Assembly: GCA_951804945.1 (NCBI GenBank)
Contig: OX638157.1
Span: 22,134,001 to 22,198,000, forward strand
Source of the DNA: Podarcis cretensis
Lineage: Eukaryota
Direction: 5' to 3'
DNA length: 64,000 nt
A model generated the notes under the pieces. The model ran no database searches. It worked only from the letters and a program-made list of their open reading frames with translations, and had not been told where the DNA came from. Positions 25,822 through 38,002 of the stretch are shown here, one piece after another (the stretch's first letter is position 1; the number at the start of each line of letters is the position of its first letter). The position numbers were made by a program, and so were the translations under genes.

Positions 25822-26869
25822 TATGCCCCATGCACCTGCACATGAAAAGTCTTTCACAGCATCCATTTTATCAGACATGCAAACAAAGCCCTGACCAGGG
25901 AAAAGCCAAGTCATGTGACCTATATCCAAGGCACCTAAAAAGACTACGATGTCAATGCTTTGTTTTTGCTCACAAGATGAAAAGTTTTGTAAGTCAACAG
26001 CAAGCTTCTGCAAATGAAGATTCCTAGCTTGAGGGGGGCTAGGGAGGCAGTACTCTCCTCCTTATGCCTGCTTTCCCTAAAAAAAAAAAATGATACTCCT
26101 TTTAATATACAGTACATATCACTACAGTGAATGCTAGATGCCAGCTTTCACAGTGTGTGCTTTGACTTATACTAACCACAGCTCCAAGAGCCCCCCTCTT
26201 CTGTATCATCCTTTTTGGGGAGAAATACAATATTATTGATTTGTTTTGTAGAAGAGGGTCTTTTCCAGTAAGGCATGACCATAATGCACCTCTAGTAACA
26301 CATTCCTCTGCAGTATGTGTGTGGGTGGAGCTGTAATATTAGCATTTGTGGGAACATACTCCTTTGAATTAAGCTTAGCCTGCTTTCCTTCCAGCAAAAA
26401 AAGAAGGGTGTACTGGAAGATTTTAAATGCATGAAAAAGCCCACACACAAGAAAGGTCTATGAATGCTAATTGCTGTACCGAGAAAGTTAAGAACATTTA
26501 TATTTGGGATATATGAAATGCAACAGAAAGGGTTCATATTTTCTTGGCGCTGGGGGAAATTTGCTCATGCAGCAAATAGGATTACTGTAGCTCTTGAGCT
26601 GAATTATTGGACGAAAACTCCAAAGTGCCTATGGCCTCCTAAGGTAGCTTACAGATTGTATGCCCATGTCTTTTGGGGGGGGGAAAGGACAAGGGGTATA
26701 CTTTATTCTATCAGCTGTGAAATAAGGCTATCAGTAAATTCAATTGCATCAAATAAAACAGTGATGTGAGGTAATGTATGTGCATATGATGCAACAACCT
26801 GTCTTGTCCAAGCTTCAATAGCCACACACAACTGTTTACACTGGGGGTGCCTAATGATTTCTGAAAGCA

Positions 26870-27010
26870 AGTATGGTGTAAGATGTTGGAACACTGATCT
26901 AGTGGTGAGGAGAACAAGATTCAAATTCCTGCTCAGCCACACTAGCTTACTGGGCCAGTCACTAATACTCATTCTAACCTACCTCCCAGGGTTGTTAGGA
27001 AGATGAGGGA
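26870..27010 (+). mobile_element. Old MIR/CORE-type SINE
   Basis: gtatggtgta..ttcaaattcctgctcagcca..tgggccagtcact..ctaacctacctcccagggttgttaggaagat. Confidence 0.7.
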
Positions 27011-28333
27011 GGATGGGCTGGGCTAGGCTATGTAGGCTGGGCTCAACTTGTCAAGAAGTTAGACCTGCTGCTGCTGCTTCTGCTTCCACCACCCCAATTG
27101 TTTCAGGTCGTTATTGTTCTTCTCCACCACTGGAGAAGGAGGAGGCTACATGGGCACTATGGGCATTCAACTACAATTTATGACTGCAACCAAGGGAAGG
27201 GATGGGTTAAGGCTGGCGGGTGAAAGATGAGAAAGCATGTGTGAATCAGAGGATAGATTTGGGCTTAGTGTGGGAGTGTAAAGTTACTTCATTTAAATTG
27301 GAGAGAAGGGAGTCAGGAAAAGAAGATAGATATACCTGAATTTCTCTGCTTCCAAGACATAATTGGGGGGGGGGGATAAGAAAGGGGTAGTGTTAGAACA
27401 GTGTTTCCTAATCATACAGACGTTTTGGAATATAACTCCCATCAGCCCCTTGCTTTTCCCCCTCCTTTTAAAAGATTATTAGTTGATTAATCTGCTTTTC
27501 ATGTGTTTGATTAAATTTAGATCAATTTTCACATTATCAAAACCTTAGTACTATCTAAGGCAGCATGAGAGAACTTTTAAACAGGCCATCTTTAATATTT
27601 TCTTTTTCATTCACTAACACATTGCAACACCGGAACCATGATAACATTAAAAAAGAAAAAACACTCAATGCTTCCTTAAGTCTCATCCTCTCTAGTTAAC
27701 ATTTTCATTCACTGATTGACATTAGTCTTCATTAATCAAGAAAAAATTGTCATCTGCCAACTAACACTCCCAGTCCTAAAATAAATGTACACCTAGAACT
27801 AAATGGATCCTAACAAAACACGAATAGTGACAAAAATGATGCTTGCATCAAAATGAGGATATTTAAAGGGCTAGTGTAAGAATTTTGGTAGTCCCGCAAA
27901 GAGATTTTGTGTAAGATTATATTGGGCTTTAAACAAAAGCACACAATGTGAGATCATTAACCAAAACAGCATCACCTTTGAAGTAAAAACATAACTACAC
28001 ACGTGTCTCTGTTCTCATTTTGAGTAAAACTGAAATGGATGCCTCTACCTCACAGGGAGAACACAAAACACAATATCAGCTATCCCGGAAATTGTGGGTC
28101 CAATTTAATTGTTTTTATTTTATGCAACGAAAACAGACTCCACGTACAGCTGCCTGCTTGTGTTTACTCAGCACCCAAGAGTCACCCATCACCCGCAAGG
28201 TATTGCACTATTAATTCCTAAGGGACTCTTTAGGCAAGAAAGGTGACGAACATTGTTCTTCTTCTCCTTTTTCTTTTTTGCTACCCTGATTACAGCATCG
28301 AATATGGAAGGGAGCAGTGCTAGATGCAAAGTA

Positions 28334-29475
28334 CCGTATTTTTCGCACCATAGGACGCACCGGACAATAGGACGCACCTTGTTTTAGAGGGGGGAGAACA
28401 AGGGAAAAAAATTCTTCTGCTCTCTGCCCAGCACCCCTTCAGCGAAGCGGCAGGAAGCGCTGCGCAGAGAGTGGGAGAATTTTCCCCCTTTTGTTTTACC
28501 GCTCTAAAACAAGGTGCCGTTTAAGGTGCGTTCAGGCGGCTACCTTGGAAGCCTGGAGAGCGAGAGGGGTCGGTGCGCACCGACCCCTCTCGCTCTCCAG
28601 GCTTCAGGTTCCTTTCGACCTGCTCTTTGGGGCTGGCGGGGGAAGCCCACCACCAGCCCCAAAGAGCAGGTCAGGGAGCAGCGGCCATAGGCGCGCGTCA
28701 CCTCTCCAGCCGGGAGAGGGTCGCGGGGGGGCTGCTTTAGCCCCGTGCGTGCTCTCCCGGCTGGAGAGGTGACGCACGCCTATGGATGCTCCTGCCATAG
28801 GCGCGCGTCACCTCTCCAGCCGGGAGAGGTTCGCGGGGGGCTGCTTTAGCCCCCTGCGTGCTCTGCCGGCTGGAGAGGTGACGCGCGCCTATGGAGGCTC
28901 CAGCCCGAGCTTCCCCCTCCCCCAGAACGGGACCCAGAGCCATGCCGAAGCTGCGCGCAGCTTTGGCATCGCTCTGGGAGCTTGCGGGGCTGGGGGAGGA
29001 GGAAGCCCTCCGCTAGCCTCCAAACCATGTCGGGAGACAGCGGGAGGGCGCGCTGCGCCTCTCCCGCTGTCTCCCGAGTTTGCGGGGCTGGCGACGGGGA
29101 GGAGCGGGCTTCTCCCGCCCCGCCAGCCTTCTAGCCAAGTCGGGAGACAGCGGGAAGGGTGCGCTACGCCTCTCCCGCTGTCCCCCGAGTTTGCGGGGCT
29201 GGCGACGGGGAGGAGCAGGCTCCTCCCCCCGCCAGCCTTCTAACCAAGTCGGGGGACAGCGGGATGGAGGCGTTCCGCCTCCCCGCTGTCCCCCGAGCTT
29301 GTGGGGCTGGCGGTGGGGCTCTCCTGAAGCCTGGAGAGCGAGAGGGGTCAGTGCGCACCGACCCCTCTCGCTCTCCAGCTTCAGCGAAAGCCTGCATTCG
29401 CACCATAGGACGCACACACATTTCCCCTTCATTTTTGGAGGGAAAAAAGTGCGTCCTATGGTGCGAAAAATACGG
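28334..29475. mobile_element. Tc1/mariner (Tc2-type, CCGTA ends) non-autonomous transposon, 1142 bp, with an interior built of GC-rich hairpins
   Basis: Perfect 27-bp TIRs ccgtatttttcgcaccataggacgcac / gtgcgtcctatggtgcgaaaaatacgg. TA TSD at 28332-33 and 29476-77. Confidence 0.93.
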
Positions 29476-29540
29476 TATTTCTAGACTGAGAAAAACAAAT
29501 GATTTTTGGTCAGCGGAGAATCTGTGGCCCTGAAGGTGTT

Positions 29541-29750
29541 ACAGTGAAGCCTCAGAAGTCGAACACCTATAAACTCGAACGTTTCAGCTCCTGAAAGATT
29601 GGAAACTCGAAGTGATTGTTCCAGTTTTCAAATGATTTTTGGAAGCTGAAGATCCGGTGCAACTTCTGTGGCTTCCGATTGGCTGCAGGATGATCCTGCA
29701 GCAAGTGGGAAGCCACACCTTGGAAGTCGAACGTTTTGGATGTTGAACGG
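29541..29750. mobile_element. Degenerate Tc1/mariner-type MITE fragment
   Basis: TA|CAGTG start and repeated (aag/aac)tcgaac motifs. Confidence 0.55.
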
Positions 29751-30084
29751 ACTATTGGTCCTGCTGGCTGGAGCTGATGGGAATTGGAGTCCCATAAGAT
29801 CAGGTTCCACCATCCCTATTTTAGGCAGCTAAGAAATCATGCCTCTGGAACTTCCCCACCTTACCCCAATTTACATCATAACTATTTCCATAAAAGCAAG
29901 AAACACTCTTAGATTTAAAATCCCATCCCCACCATAACAGTGCTTCTCTTTTAGTGATGTTGACTTGGGTACAAAACACCTGCTCACTGCCAACAAATGG
30001 TTCCTATGAAGCACACAGTTGATATATCTCTTTCCCCTGCCCTGCAACCAATATTTGATGCCTCAGATTCTTGACAGGTTAGAA

Positions 30085-30220
30085 CAGTATTTCCCAAACT
30101 AGGGTCTCCAGCTGTTTTTGGACTACAACTCCCATCATCTCTAGCTAGCAGGACCTGTGGTCGGGGATGATGGGAACTGAAGTCCAGAAACACCTGGCGA
30201 TCCAGGTTTGGGAAACAATG
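30085..30220. mobile_element. Short palindromic hAT MITE
   Basis: TIRs cagtatttcccaaac / gtttgggaaacaatg and TSD ggttagaa/ggctagag. Confidence 0.85.
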
Positions 30221-30435
30221 GGCTAGAGGAAGAAATGAAAATGAAATATTAAAAAGTAGTATCGCTGACCCTGATTTAAATACAAAATAACTCTGAGCAC
30301 GTGGAGTTTTACTCAGCATCATCACTGCAACAGAAATAAATGGAGTCTGTGAGCCTGATGACCCAATGCACAACCCATTTAATTGAGAATTAGCACCATG
30401 ATGTTGCAGAAAAGGGTGGTTTCCTTAATTTTCAC

Positions 30436-31175
30436 TTATTTATTTATTTCATAAAATTTACATGCCGCTTGATTGTTAAAAAGAAAAAGAAAAAATGACC
30501 CTCAAAGCGGTTTACAAAATGATAAGACTAAATAGAGAAAAATCCCAACCATACTTTAAGACATGCAAAAGAAAGTTAAAATACTAAAACAGATTTAAAT
30601 GACCTCAACTTTCTAAGCATCTGGGTAGGCTTGTCTAAACAATAAATTTGTTTTGTTTTTTTCAAGGCGCTGAAAAGAGTACAGTGAAAGTGCCTGCTTG
30701 ATCTCAACAGGTAAAGGTAAAGGTAAAGGGACCCCTGACCATTAGGTCCAGTTGTGGCTGACTCTGGGGTTGCGGCGCTCATCTCGCTTTATTGGCCAAA
30801 GGAGCCGGTGTACAGCTTCCGGGTCATGTGGCCAGCATGACTAAGCAGCTTCTGGCGAACCAGAGCAGCACACGGAAATGCCATTTACCTTCCCGTCGGA
30901 GTAATACCTATTTATCTACTTGCACTTTGACGTGCTTTCGAACTGCTAGATTGGTAGGAGCAGGGACTAAGCAACGGGAGCTCACCCTGTCGCAGGGATT
31001 CGAACCGCCGACCTTCTGATCGGCAAGTCCTAGGCTCTGTGGTTTAACCCACAGCGCCACCTGCATCCCAATCTCAACAGGTAGGGAGTTCCAAACTGAA
31101 GGTGCTGCCTCACTAAATGAACGAGTTCTTACAAATGCAGAATGGGCATTAAGTGGCCACCTATGGTATCTTTAA
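30436..31175 (-). mobile_element. L2-type LINE 3' end, interrupted by a Sauria SINE
   Basis: (TTTA)n tail and gccgcttg..cctcaaagcggtttacaa 3' stem. The sequence resumes after the SINE with agggagttccaaactgaaggtgctgcc. Confidence 0.65.
30714..31069 (-). mobile_element. Sauria/Squam1-type SINE, full length
   Basis: Perfect 13-bp TSD atctcaacaggta (30701-30713, 31071-31083) and (ACCTTT)n tail. Confidence 0.95.
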
Positions 31176-34100
31176 TTAGAAAACTGTAATTGTACGCATG
31201 CCTGGCTGGTTGGATTCCGCCCTCCCCCAGACTATAAAAAGAATTAAGAAAAGATGGCACAGCATCAAGCACCAGGCACCGGTGGGCTTGGACATGCTCC
31301 AGCCACTCTAGGTGCTGAAACCAGGCCTGTCTCTGTCTCATGCTGCCCTCTGGGTGGTCATTTGAGGCTCTCTAGACCCAAGCTGCACTGCTGGGTTGGT
31401 GGTCCTTTGCCTTAGGAAACAGTCTGTGTAGCTGCTGCCCTTCTCGCAGCCTCTTCCCCACCCCCACCCCCACCCCCGCCAACCTCCTCCTCAGCTCTGA
31501 AGGCTTGAAATTTGCTGAAATTTGCTACTGTCACTCTACTTATAAGGCTTCACTTTTCAGCAAACAAGCTAGCTGACACGTGAGACATCCCAGTTGGTTG
31601 GTTTTCTTTTAAACGTAATTGCTATTTTTACAGGATCAGAATGTGCAGTAAACTAGCCAATCAGGAAAAGAGTTAAGCTAAAAACCGTTTCCCCATGATG
31701 TGCTAGATTTCTAAGTGTGGGAGCTGGAGGGGGGGGTGAATGTAAAGTTGACAAGACAAACTTGGATCCACAAAGTTTACTCAAAACAGGAAGAGGCACA
31801 CAGATGAGCAATTTAAATGCCAAAAATACCCAGCACAATGTTGTGTTCAGTAAAAAATGGTTTTGCAATCAGGTTTGATTACTTCAATTCAAGACAAGAA
31901 CACTCTGTTTGGGCCTTATGTTAAGTAGCACACACAGCAATGTGTGCCCTATGTTTACTGGCAACAAAGAGCTAGATGTTTGGAACATTGCACAGGCCTG
32001 ATGTTCAAAGGTTGTGCATCTGTGACACAACTGTGTTACATCAGCCGTTGAGAAAGATGTGTGCACTTGCCTTCTATACTGAACCCAAGAGGAAAAATTT
32101 TCTAGGATTCTACCCTGAAGCCAAACAAGAGAGTGGAAATCCCAGCTCCGGGGATTACAAAACCCTTTATCTGGTTTACAGCAAAACCAAACAGTTGTCA
32201 AAACAAAGGCATTTTGCCCAACCTGGCAGGACTGGAGACATGCAGCAGCTGGTTGTAAGAGGATAGTCCCTGTTTGCAAGGAAGGAAGTTAAACTACCTC
32301 CTCGTCATCACAATTTACAGAATCAAAGAATAATGCTGATCACAAGGATCTTGAGTACCAAAGGTGCAAAACCACGCGTGATATCAATATGGTAGGCTGC
32401 TCTATCTGAGAAGTTTTCTCAACGCTACTGATCATGACCATTTTGTGGATTCATGGCTAATGTTTTATTATGTATGCGAATAATGAGTCTTCCGAAACTG
32501 CTCCCCTGAGTTAGCAAAGGTCACTCCGGATAGATATATGACTGCAAACAAGGGTATGAGCTTAAATTGTGTATGCAATTATTACTTGCCCTCTTATATT
32601 GTAATGATGTGGTCAAAGGAACACAGCGTACTCAGTTTGTTGTGCATATTATTAATATTTATTGGAACTGCCACTTCTTATAAACTGTAAGAAAAGGGAT
32701 ATATTCAAAACAACAACGGAACAGTCCAATGAGAACTGTGTGTCCTCAGTGGTCATGGAATACTGACTAGAAGAGATTAAAAGGAGGGAGGGGACATATA
32801 GCGGAGTGGGTAGTATCCCCAATAGGAGCATTACGTACGGCAATATCCTCTTGCAGATCACTTATTTAGCATTACTTTCCTTCTAGGATTTCAGAAACCA
32901 CTGATGTTGCAAGATTCAGTAGCAAACAAAAGGCTATTTTGCCCCATGTACGCCTTGCAAACATAAGAATCTTCTTTTGATGGCTTCTCTCACTCAGCCC
33001 AGTTGAATGCTCAGCCCAGTGAAGCACCGATAAAGGGCTCTGTATTTTATTTTATTTTACTTTAATCTCTTTCTTTTCCCTCCTATTTTCTCTCTGCATT
33101 TTCTCCCTTTCTTTATCGTTTTGTTTTTTCCTTCTCTATTTTTATTTAGAATAGTTTGGTTTTTACGGTATTTTATGTTGAAAACTTTCAATAAAAATTC
33201 ATATGATGGATAGATAGAGGTAACAAATGAATTATTAAGGAACTACAGATAATAAGCATTAACAATTCCAACATGGCAGTTGCTATGGCCTCTTGCGAAC
33301 TCTACACTGTTCTTGAGATTACATAATAATTGAATTAATTTCATATGATGCAAAATTCTGTAGAGAAGCTACACATTATCTAACACACCATACAAAAGGA
33401 TTTCAGACATGTTTATTTAGCTACCTGAAAGCTAAAATAGTTTGAATTATATTGTGAAGTATAGAATTCAATGTATTTTTCAGGATACCTTTGTGTTTAC
33501 TAACTTACATGACTAGATTTACTGAAGAGCTAAATGCTACTGAGTCTGCATTTGAGAGGGAGGAAAGAAAAGCCATGACCAGATCCTAAAGGGAAAGGGA
33601 AGGGACTTGAGGAAAGTCTCAAAATAGTGCTGAAAAATACTAAGAATTTTGATGGAGTAGTAAGCTGTCCAGTACATTTTGGTGGAAACTTTCCTCAGGA
33701 ACACAATAATTCATTTTAACTCAGCAAATTGGACTCATAGGTGTCTAGGAAGGGAGCACCACATAAACTCAGGCCTATATTTGACATGCAATAGCACAAT
33801 CAAAACCCCAGATCCATTGGGATGTGGGAACTGGATTTGTCAGGCTTTCCCAGCTGAGTTGGGGCTATGTAGTGTAAATCCCTCACTCAACTGAGACTCA
33901 ACTGGCATGACTTCAGCCGACACACGTCCCCAAAAGAGGCATTCTGGGAGCAGGGCAATGAGAACTTAAACCTATTCCAAACACCTTTCATCTTGGTCAC
34001 ATGACCAAGCAACCTAGTGGAATTTAGCCAGCAAAGAGGGTTGCATAAGCAGCATCCCTCCAAATTCCTCCTGAACTGAGTTTGGAATAGGAGTAACATA

Positions 34101-34324
34101 TGCTGGCATCAGTTCAACCATAATTTTAACTGCCACAGTTAAACCATAATTTCAGTTTCTGCTCAACACCCACTTTTTATACACCACAGCCTGCCCAAGA
34201 GATTAGGAATATGAAGGTGACTTTGGGTACCAATATCCCCAAGGGTCAAGCCATACTGAACCCTTGTCTTTCTTGGTAACCTTGTGACACATAAATTGCC
34301 CAACCCTTTAAACAGCCTAAATTG

Positions 34325-35229
34325 ATGTTGGACATAACATTATTATGATGGCTGACTGGGAACAGTTATGGACCACTGGTATGAAGTTTACAGCATGTAA
34401 TGCCTTAAGAGAGAATATAATGAAAATGATTTACAGGTGGTACATGACACCAGTCAAGCTTGCAAAAATTTATCATTTGCTTGATAATAAATGTTGGAAA
34501 TGTAAAGAGATTGAAGGTACATTTTTTCACCTTTGGTGGACGTGCCCAAAGATTAAGACCTTTTGGGAGATGATCTATAATGAAATGAAAAAGGCATTTA
34601 AATATACCTTCCAGAAGAAACCAGAGGCCTTTCTCTTGGGCATGGTCGGCCAATTGGTGCTAAAGGAGGATAGAACTTTCTTTATGTACGCCACAACAGC
34701 AGCAAGAATACTTATCGCAAAGTATTGGAAAACATAAGATCTACCCACCCGGGAAGAATGGCAGACGAAGGTGATGGACTACATGGAACTGGCTGAGATG
34801 ACTGGCAGAATCCGAGACCAAGGAGAAGAGTTGGTGGAAGAAGATTGGAAAAAAATTAAAGTTTATCTTCAGAAATATTGTAAAATTAAGGAATGTTAGA
34901 AAGATGTTGGAATAGAATTATGTGGTTTTAGCAGAAAAGATATAAAGGGTTAAGTAAAAATAAATTGGTGAAAGAAGAGAATGCAAAATCACAATATATT
35001 AAGATAAATTATTAAGATAAAAACAAAGCTGGAAAGGATTTGCTGAAATATCTAACTGAATTAGAATACAAAAAAGGGAGGTGTGAGGAGGTCAAGGAAG
35101 TAAGTGAATGAAAGCAAGTGATGTAAAGGTTTGATCTGTTTTTTTCCAATTGTTTGTATTTTTTCTGTATTTTTTCTTTTTCTTTTTTCTTTTATATTTT
35201 TTCTCTTTGTAATATTTAAAATTTGAATT
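34325..35229 (+). mobile_element. L1/Tx1-clade LINE 3' fragment (ORF2 C-terminus plus 3' UTR), 5'-truncated
   Basis: ORF 34345-34737 contains the CCHC motif CWKCKEIEGTFFHLWWTCPKI. The frame continues past a premature TAA to TAG at 34899. The 3' UTR is A-rich then T-rich, and gcctaaattg flanks both ends. Confidence 0.9.
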
Positions 35230-38002
35230 GCCTAAATTGGTGGCATCACTGTGTGGTCGTGGTCACCACAACCATATTTACCATGAAGAAACATTTCTTT
35301 TGTCTGCCCTGTACATTCAGCTTCCCCAGACGACATGTAGCATGGCAGCACCAGACAGGTTTCTAATCACCAGCTGCCGCTGTATTCTGCTATGAATATT
35401 GTGGGTAGAATCTGAATCATATATGTGTTATGTCACAATTTTAATGCAGCAACTTATATCAGTCTTGGGAATCAAAAGAGGGTTGAGCGGAAAATATTCA
35501 TCTTTTTTTTGTACTATGATGGGATCGCTTAGATTTATATCATTACTTTCTTACAAGGTATGCCATTTGCATGCTGAATGTCTGAAAAAGTAAATAATGT
35601 GTTGTATTAACAAAAGCAAATGAACAGTGAGGCTGCAACAGCCAAAGTTTAGAAGCGATTTAGGAGCATGGTGCACTGCGGAGATATCCAAAGAGAGGAT
35701 GCGACGGTGGAACAGATTGCTTTGCATATCGCTTGCATTAGGAAACATAATGGAAGAATAGAAGCTGAGAAAGAAACAATGCTTTGAAAACTGCAAACAG
35801 ATGTCTTTTTATTATATATTAAAAAAACACAAACAGGAGCAATCATGAGACCCTTCTCTATTTTTGTCACAGCATTGCTGTGATTTAGGAACTTATTCAT
35901 AAAGTTGGAAGTTTTTGGAACTAAAATATTCAGTTGGTCATTGACAGCTTCCTTCCTGCTTCCCCTTCAAATATCAGACATGATTATCTTTCACAACGAA
36001 CTTAGTTCTCAGATTCTTGTCTAAAAGTGTCTACAGAAACCAGCTGAATTCAGCCATACTCCTTCTTCCATTATCCTTGCCTGCATCTTCACCACCTCTG
36101 CTGTTACCACACCCCATCATTCGTAATTCAGAGCTCATGAGCATTTCAGAGCAACAACTTATATGTTTTGTTTATGGCAAACTTCCCCAAGCTGGTGCCC
36201 TCCAGCTGTTTTGGACTACAACTTCTATCAGTTTCAGTCGGCACAGCTGTTTTTGCTGTTCTGCAAAGCATCGTATCTGCCCATTGACACTCCTATATGC
36301 AACACTCAACAAGCGTTCACTGGCTGAGACCCAGTGGATCTCATTGATTTGTAGATCAGTGGCAGAAATGGGGAATTCTAATCTCCGGGTTGGTTTTCCT
36401 TCCTTTCCCTTTCACAGGTGTTTCAGCGCATCAACGGTGGGAAGAAAAGAACTATGTCTCCACACTACTCTCTCTTAGCACTGTTTGTGTCAGGAAGAAA
36501 TCAAGTGGAGAGCAAGGGGGCAGAGATATAACAGGCCTTGCTGCAAAGGCTAGTAAAGAGTGACAGCAGCAAGGATGGAGGAAAGGGGAGATATGCATCA
36601 TGCAAATGCCTGTAACCAGAGAACACAGGAAAACCACCATGTAAGCTGTGGACTGCATGAATATGTATATCCTCAACCAAGCAGGAGACAGCTGCATAGA
36701 TGACACACTCGTCTCTACCTTGTAGACACTATCATTCAGAGCGTATACATGTTCAAACACATGCAAAGCCACTAGGGAGAAAATCAAGGGATTTTCCATA
36801 CCAAAAATCAACAGATAGGATGTAGAGACAGAGGGCACCCAAATCAGCACTGTGCAAACATATCATTATTGACTGGCTAGCTGCCACCAGCACAGGCTGC
36901 CATGTCAGTGTTAGGGAAACCAATGAGCCAGAAACCACATTTGCAGTGTTTACTGTAGTAACCCCTATGTTTGCCGCCCCACCTATTTTTCTAGGGTAGA
37001 AGATCTACATATGGCAGCCTGCCCCTATTAAGTCTCTAAACAGCTTTACTGAAACATGTTTGTAAAACACACTTCTTTGTTGAAAAGCAGGTGGTTGGTG
37101 CTAGATTACCTTAGCTACAGGTAGGATGCACTGAAGTCAATGGGACAAGTTAGTAATGACTTACCGGTAAGTCTCATAGATTTCAGTGTGGGACTGCATG
37201 CAACTACGCTAACTTTGGCTAGATCCATTCCAATATTAAAAACATTTTCGTATGTTGAGTACATAAGTTTGCCTGAAAACAGTGAATGTTCAGAATCTCA
37301 GCATAGCATCCACATGATGTCTTTAAACTGCCAAATACAACTACCATACCCAATCTCTCTATTTAGCTCTTGGCCATTTTAAGAGACTATTTGTCATGAT
37401 CTGAATATACGGTCAAGGAATGTTTCATTATTCTGTCAATTCAAACTTATTACTAAGGAAGATATTGAAAGCTCCAGCCTAAAGGCAGGGTTTACAAATC
37501 CTTTCATATTGTGTATAACACATGCCACTCATCAGCTGAAATGACACCCCTCATTTATTAAAGTTTCAAGTATAATTTCAATACGATAGCTAAAAGAAAA
37601 TCTGTACACTTGATAGAGCAACCAAGTATCATTCCATGCCAAAGTGTGTGCTGAAAATGGCACTGACAATTTATTTAATCTCCATTTACCTAATCTACAC
37701 AATTGCAGTTCACCAGAGGGGTGTTGGACTGTACATCCAACAAGTGTACAATCTGTGTACACACAAAGCTGAACTGCTCATTTCTAATTCACATGTAATG
37801 TTCACCAAGTGAATAAAGTGTTCATTACCACAACTCTCCTTCACTTTTTTACAGGAGCACCTACAGTATGTGAAGCGTTTGTGTACATAATAGCTCAGAT
37901 GTACAAATCTGGAATGGTACACTCTTTCACACAAACACTTGCACATGTATATACATGTTTACATGTACATGTGTAACTTGTGAACAACCTTCAAGTGACA
38001 TA

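Noticed and set aside
28684-29320. Regularly spaced palindromic repeats resembling a CRISPR array
   Set aside because: The units are whole tandem duplicates without unique spacers, lie within transposon TIRs, have no cas genes, and are in a vertebrate intron.
28491-29533. Many overlapping 60-153 aa ORFs and CpG-island appearance (possible PPP3CA promoter or exon 1)
   Set aside because: The ORFs reflect stop-poor GC-rich repeats inside the MITE. There is no exon 1 peptide.
34345-34737. 130-aa Cys/His-containing ORF as a host zinc-finger gene
   Set aside because: It is the L1 ORF2 C-terminus with a premature stop, inside a 5'-truncated insertion.
36017-36850. Convergent 153-aa and 132-aa ORFs
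   Set aside because: No homology recognised, a non-ATG start for the first, and overlap with a degenerate MITE fragment.
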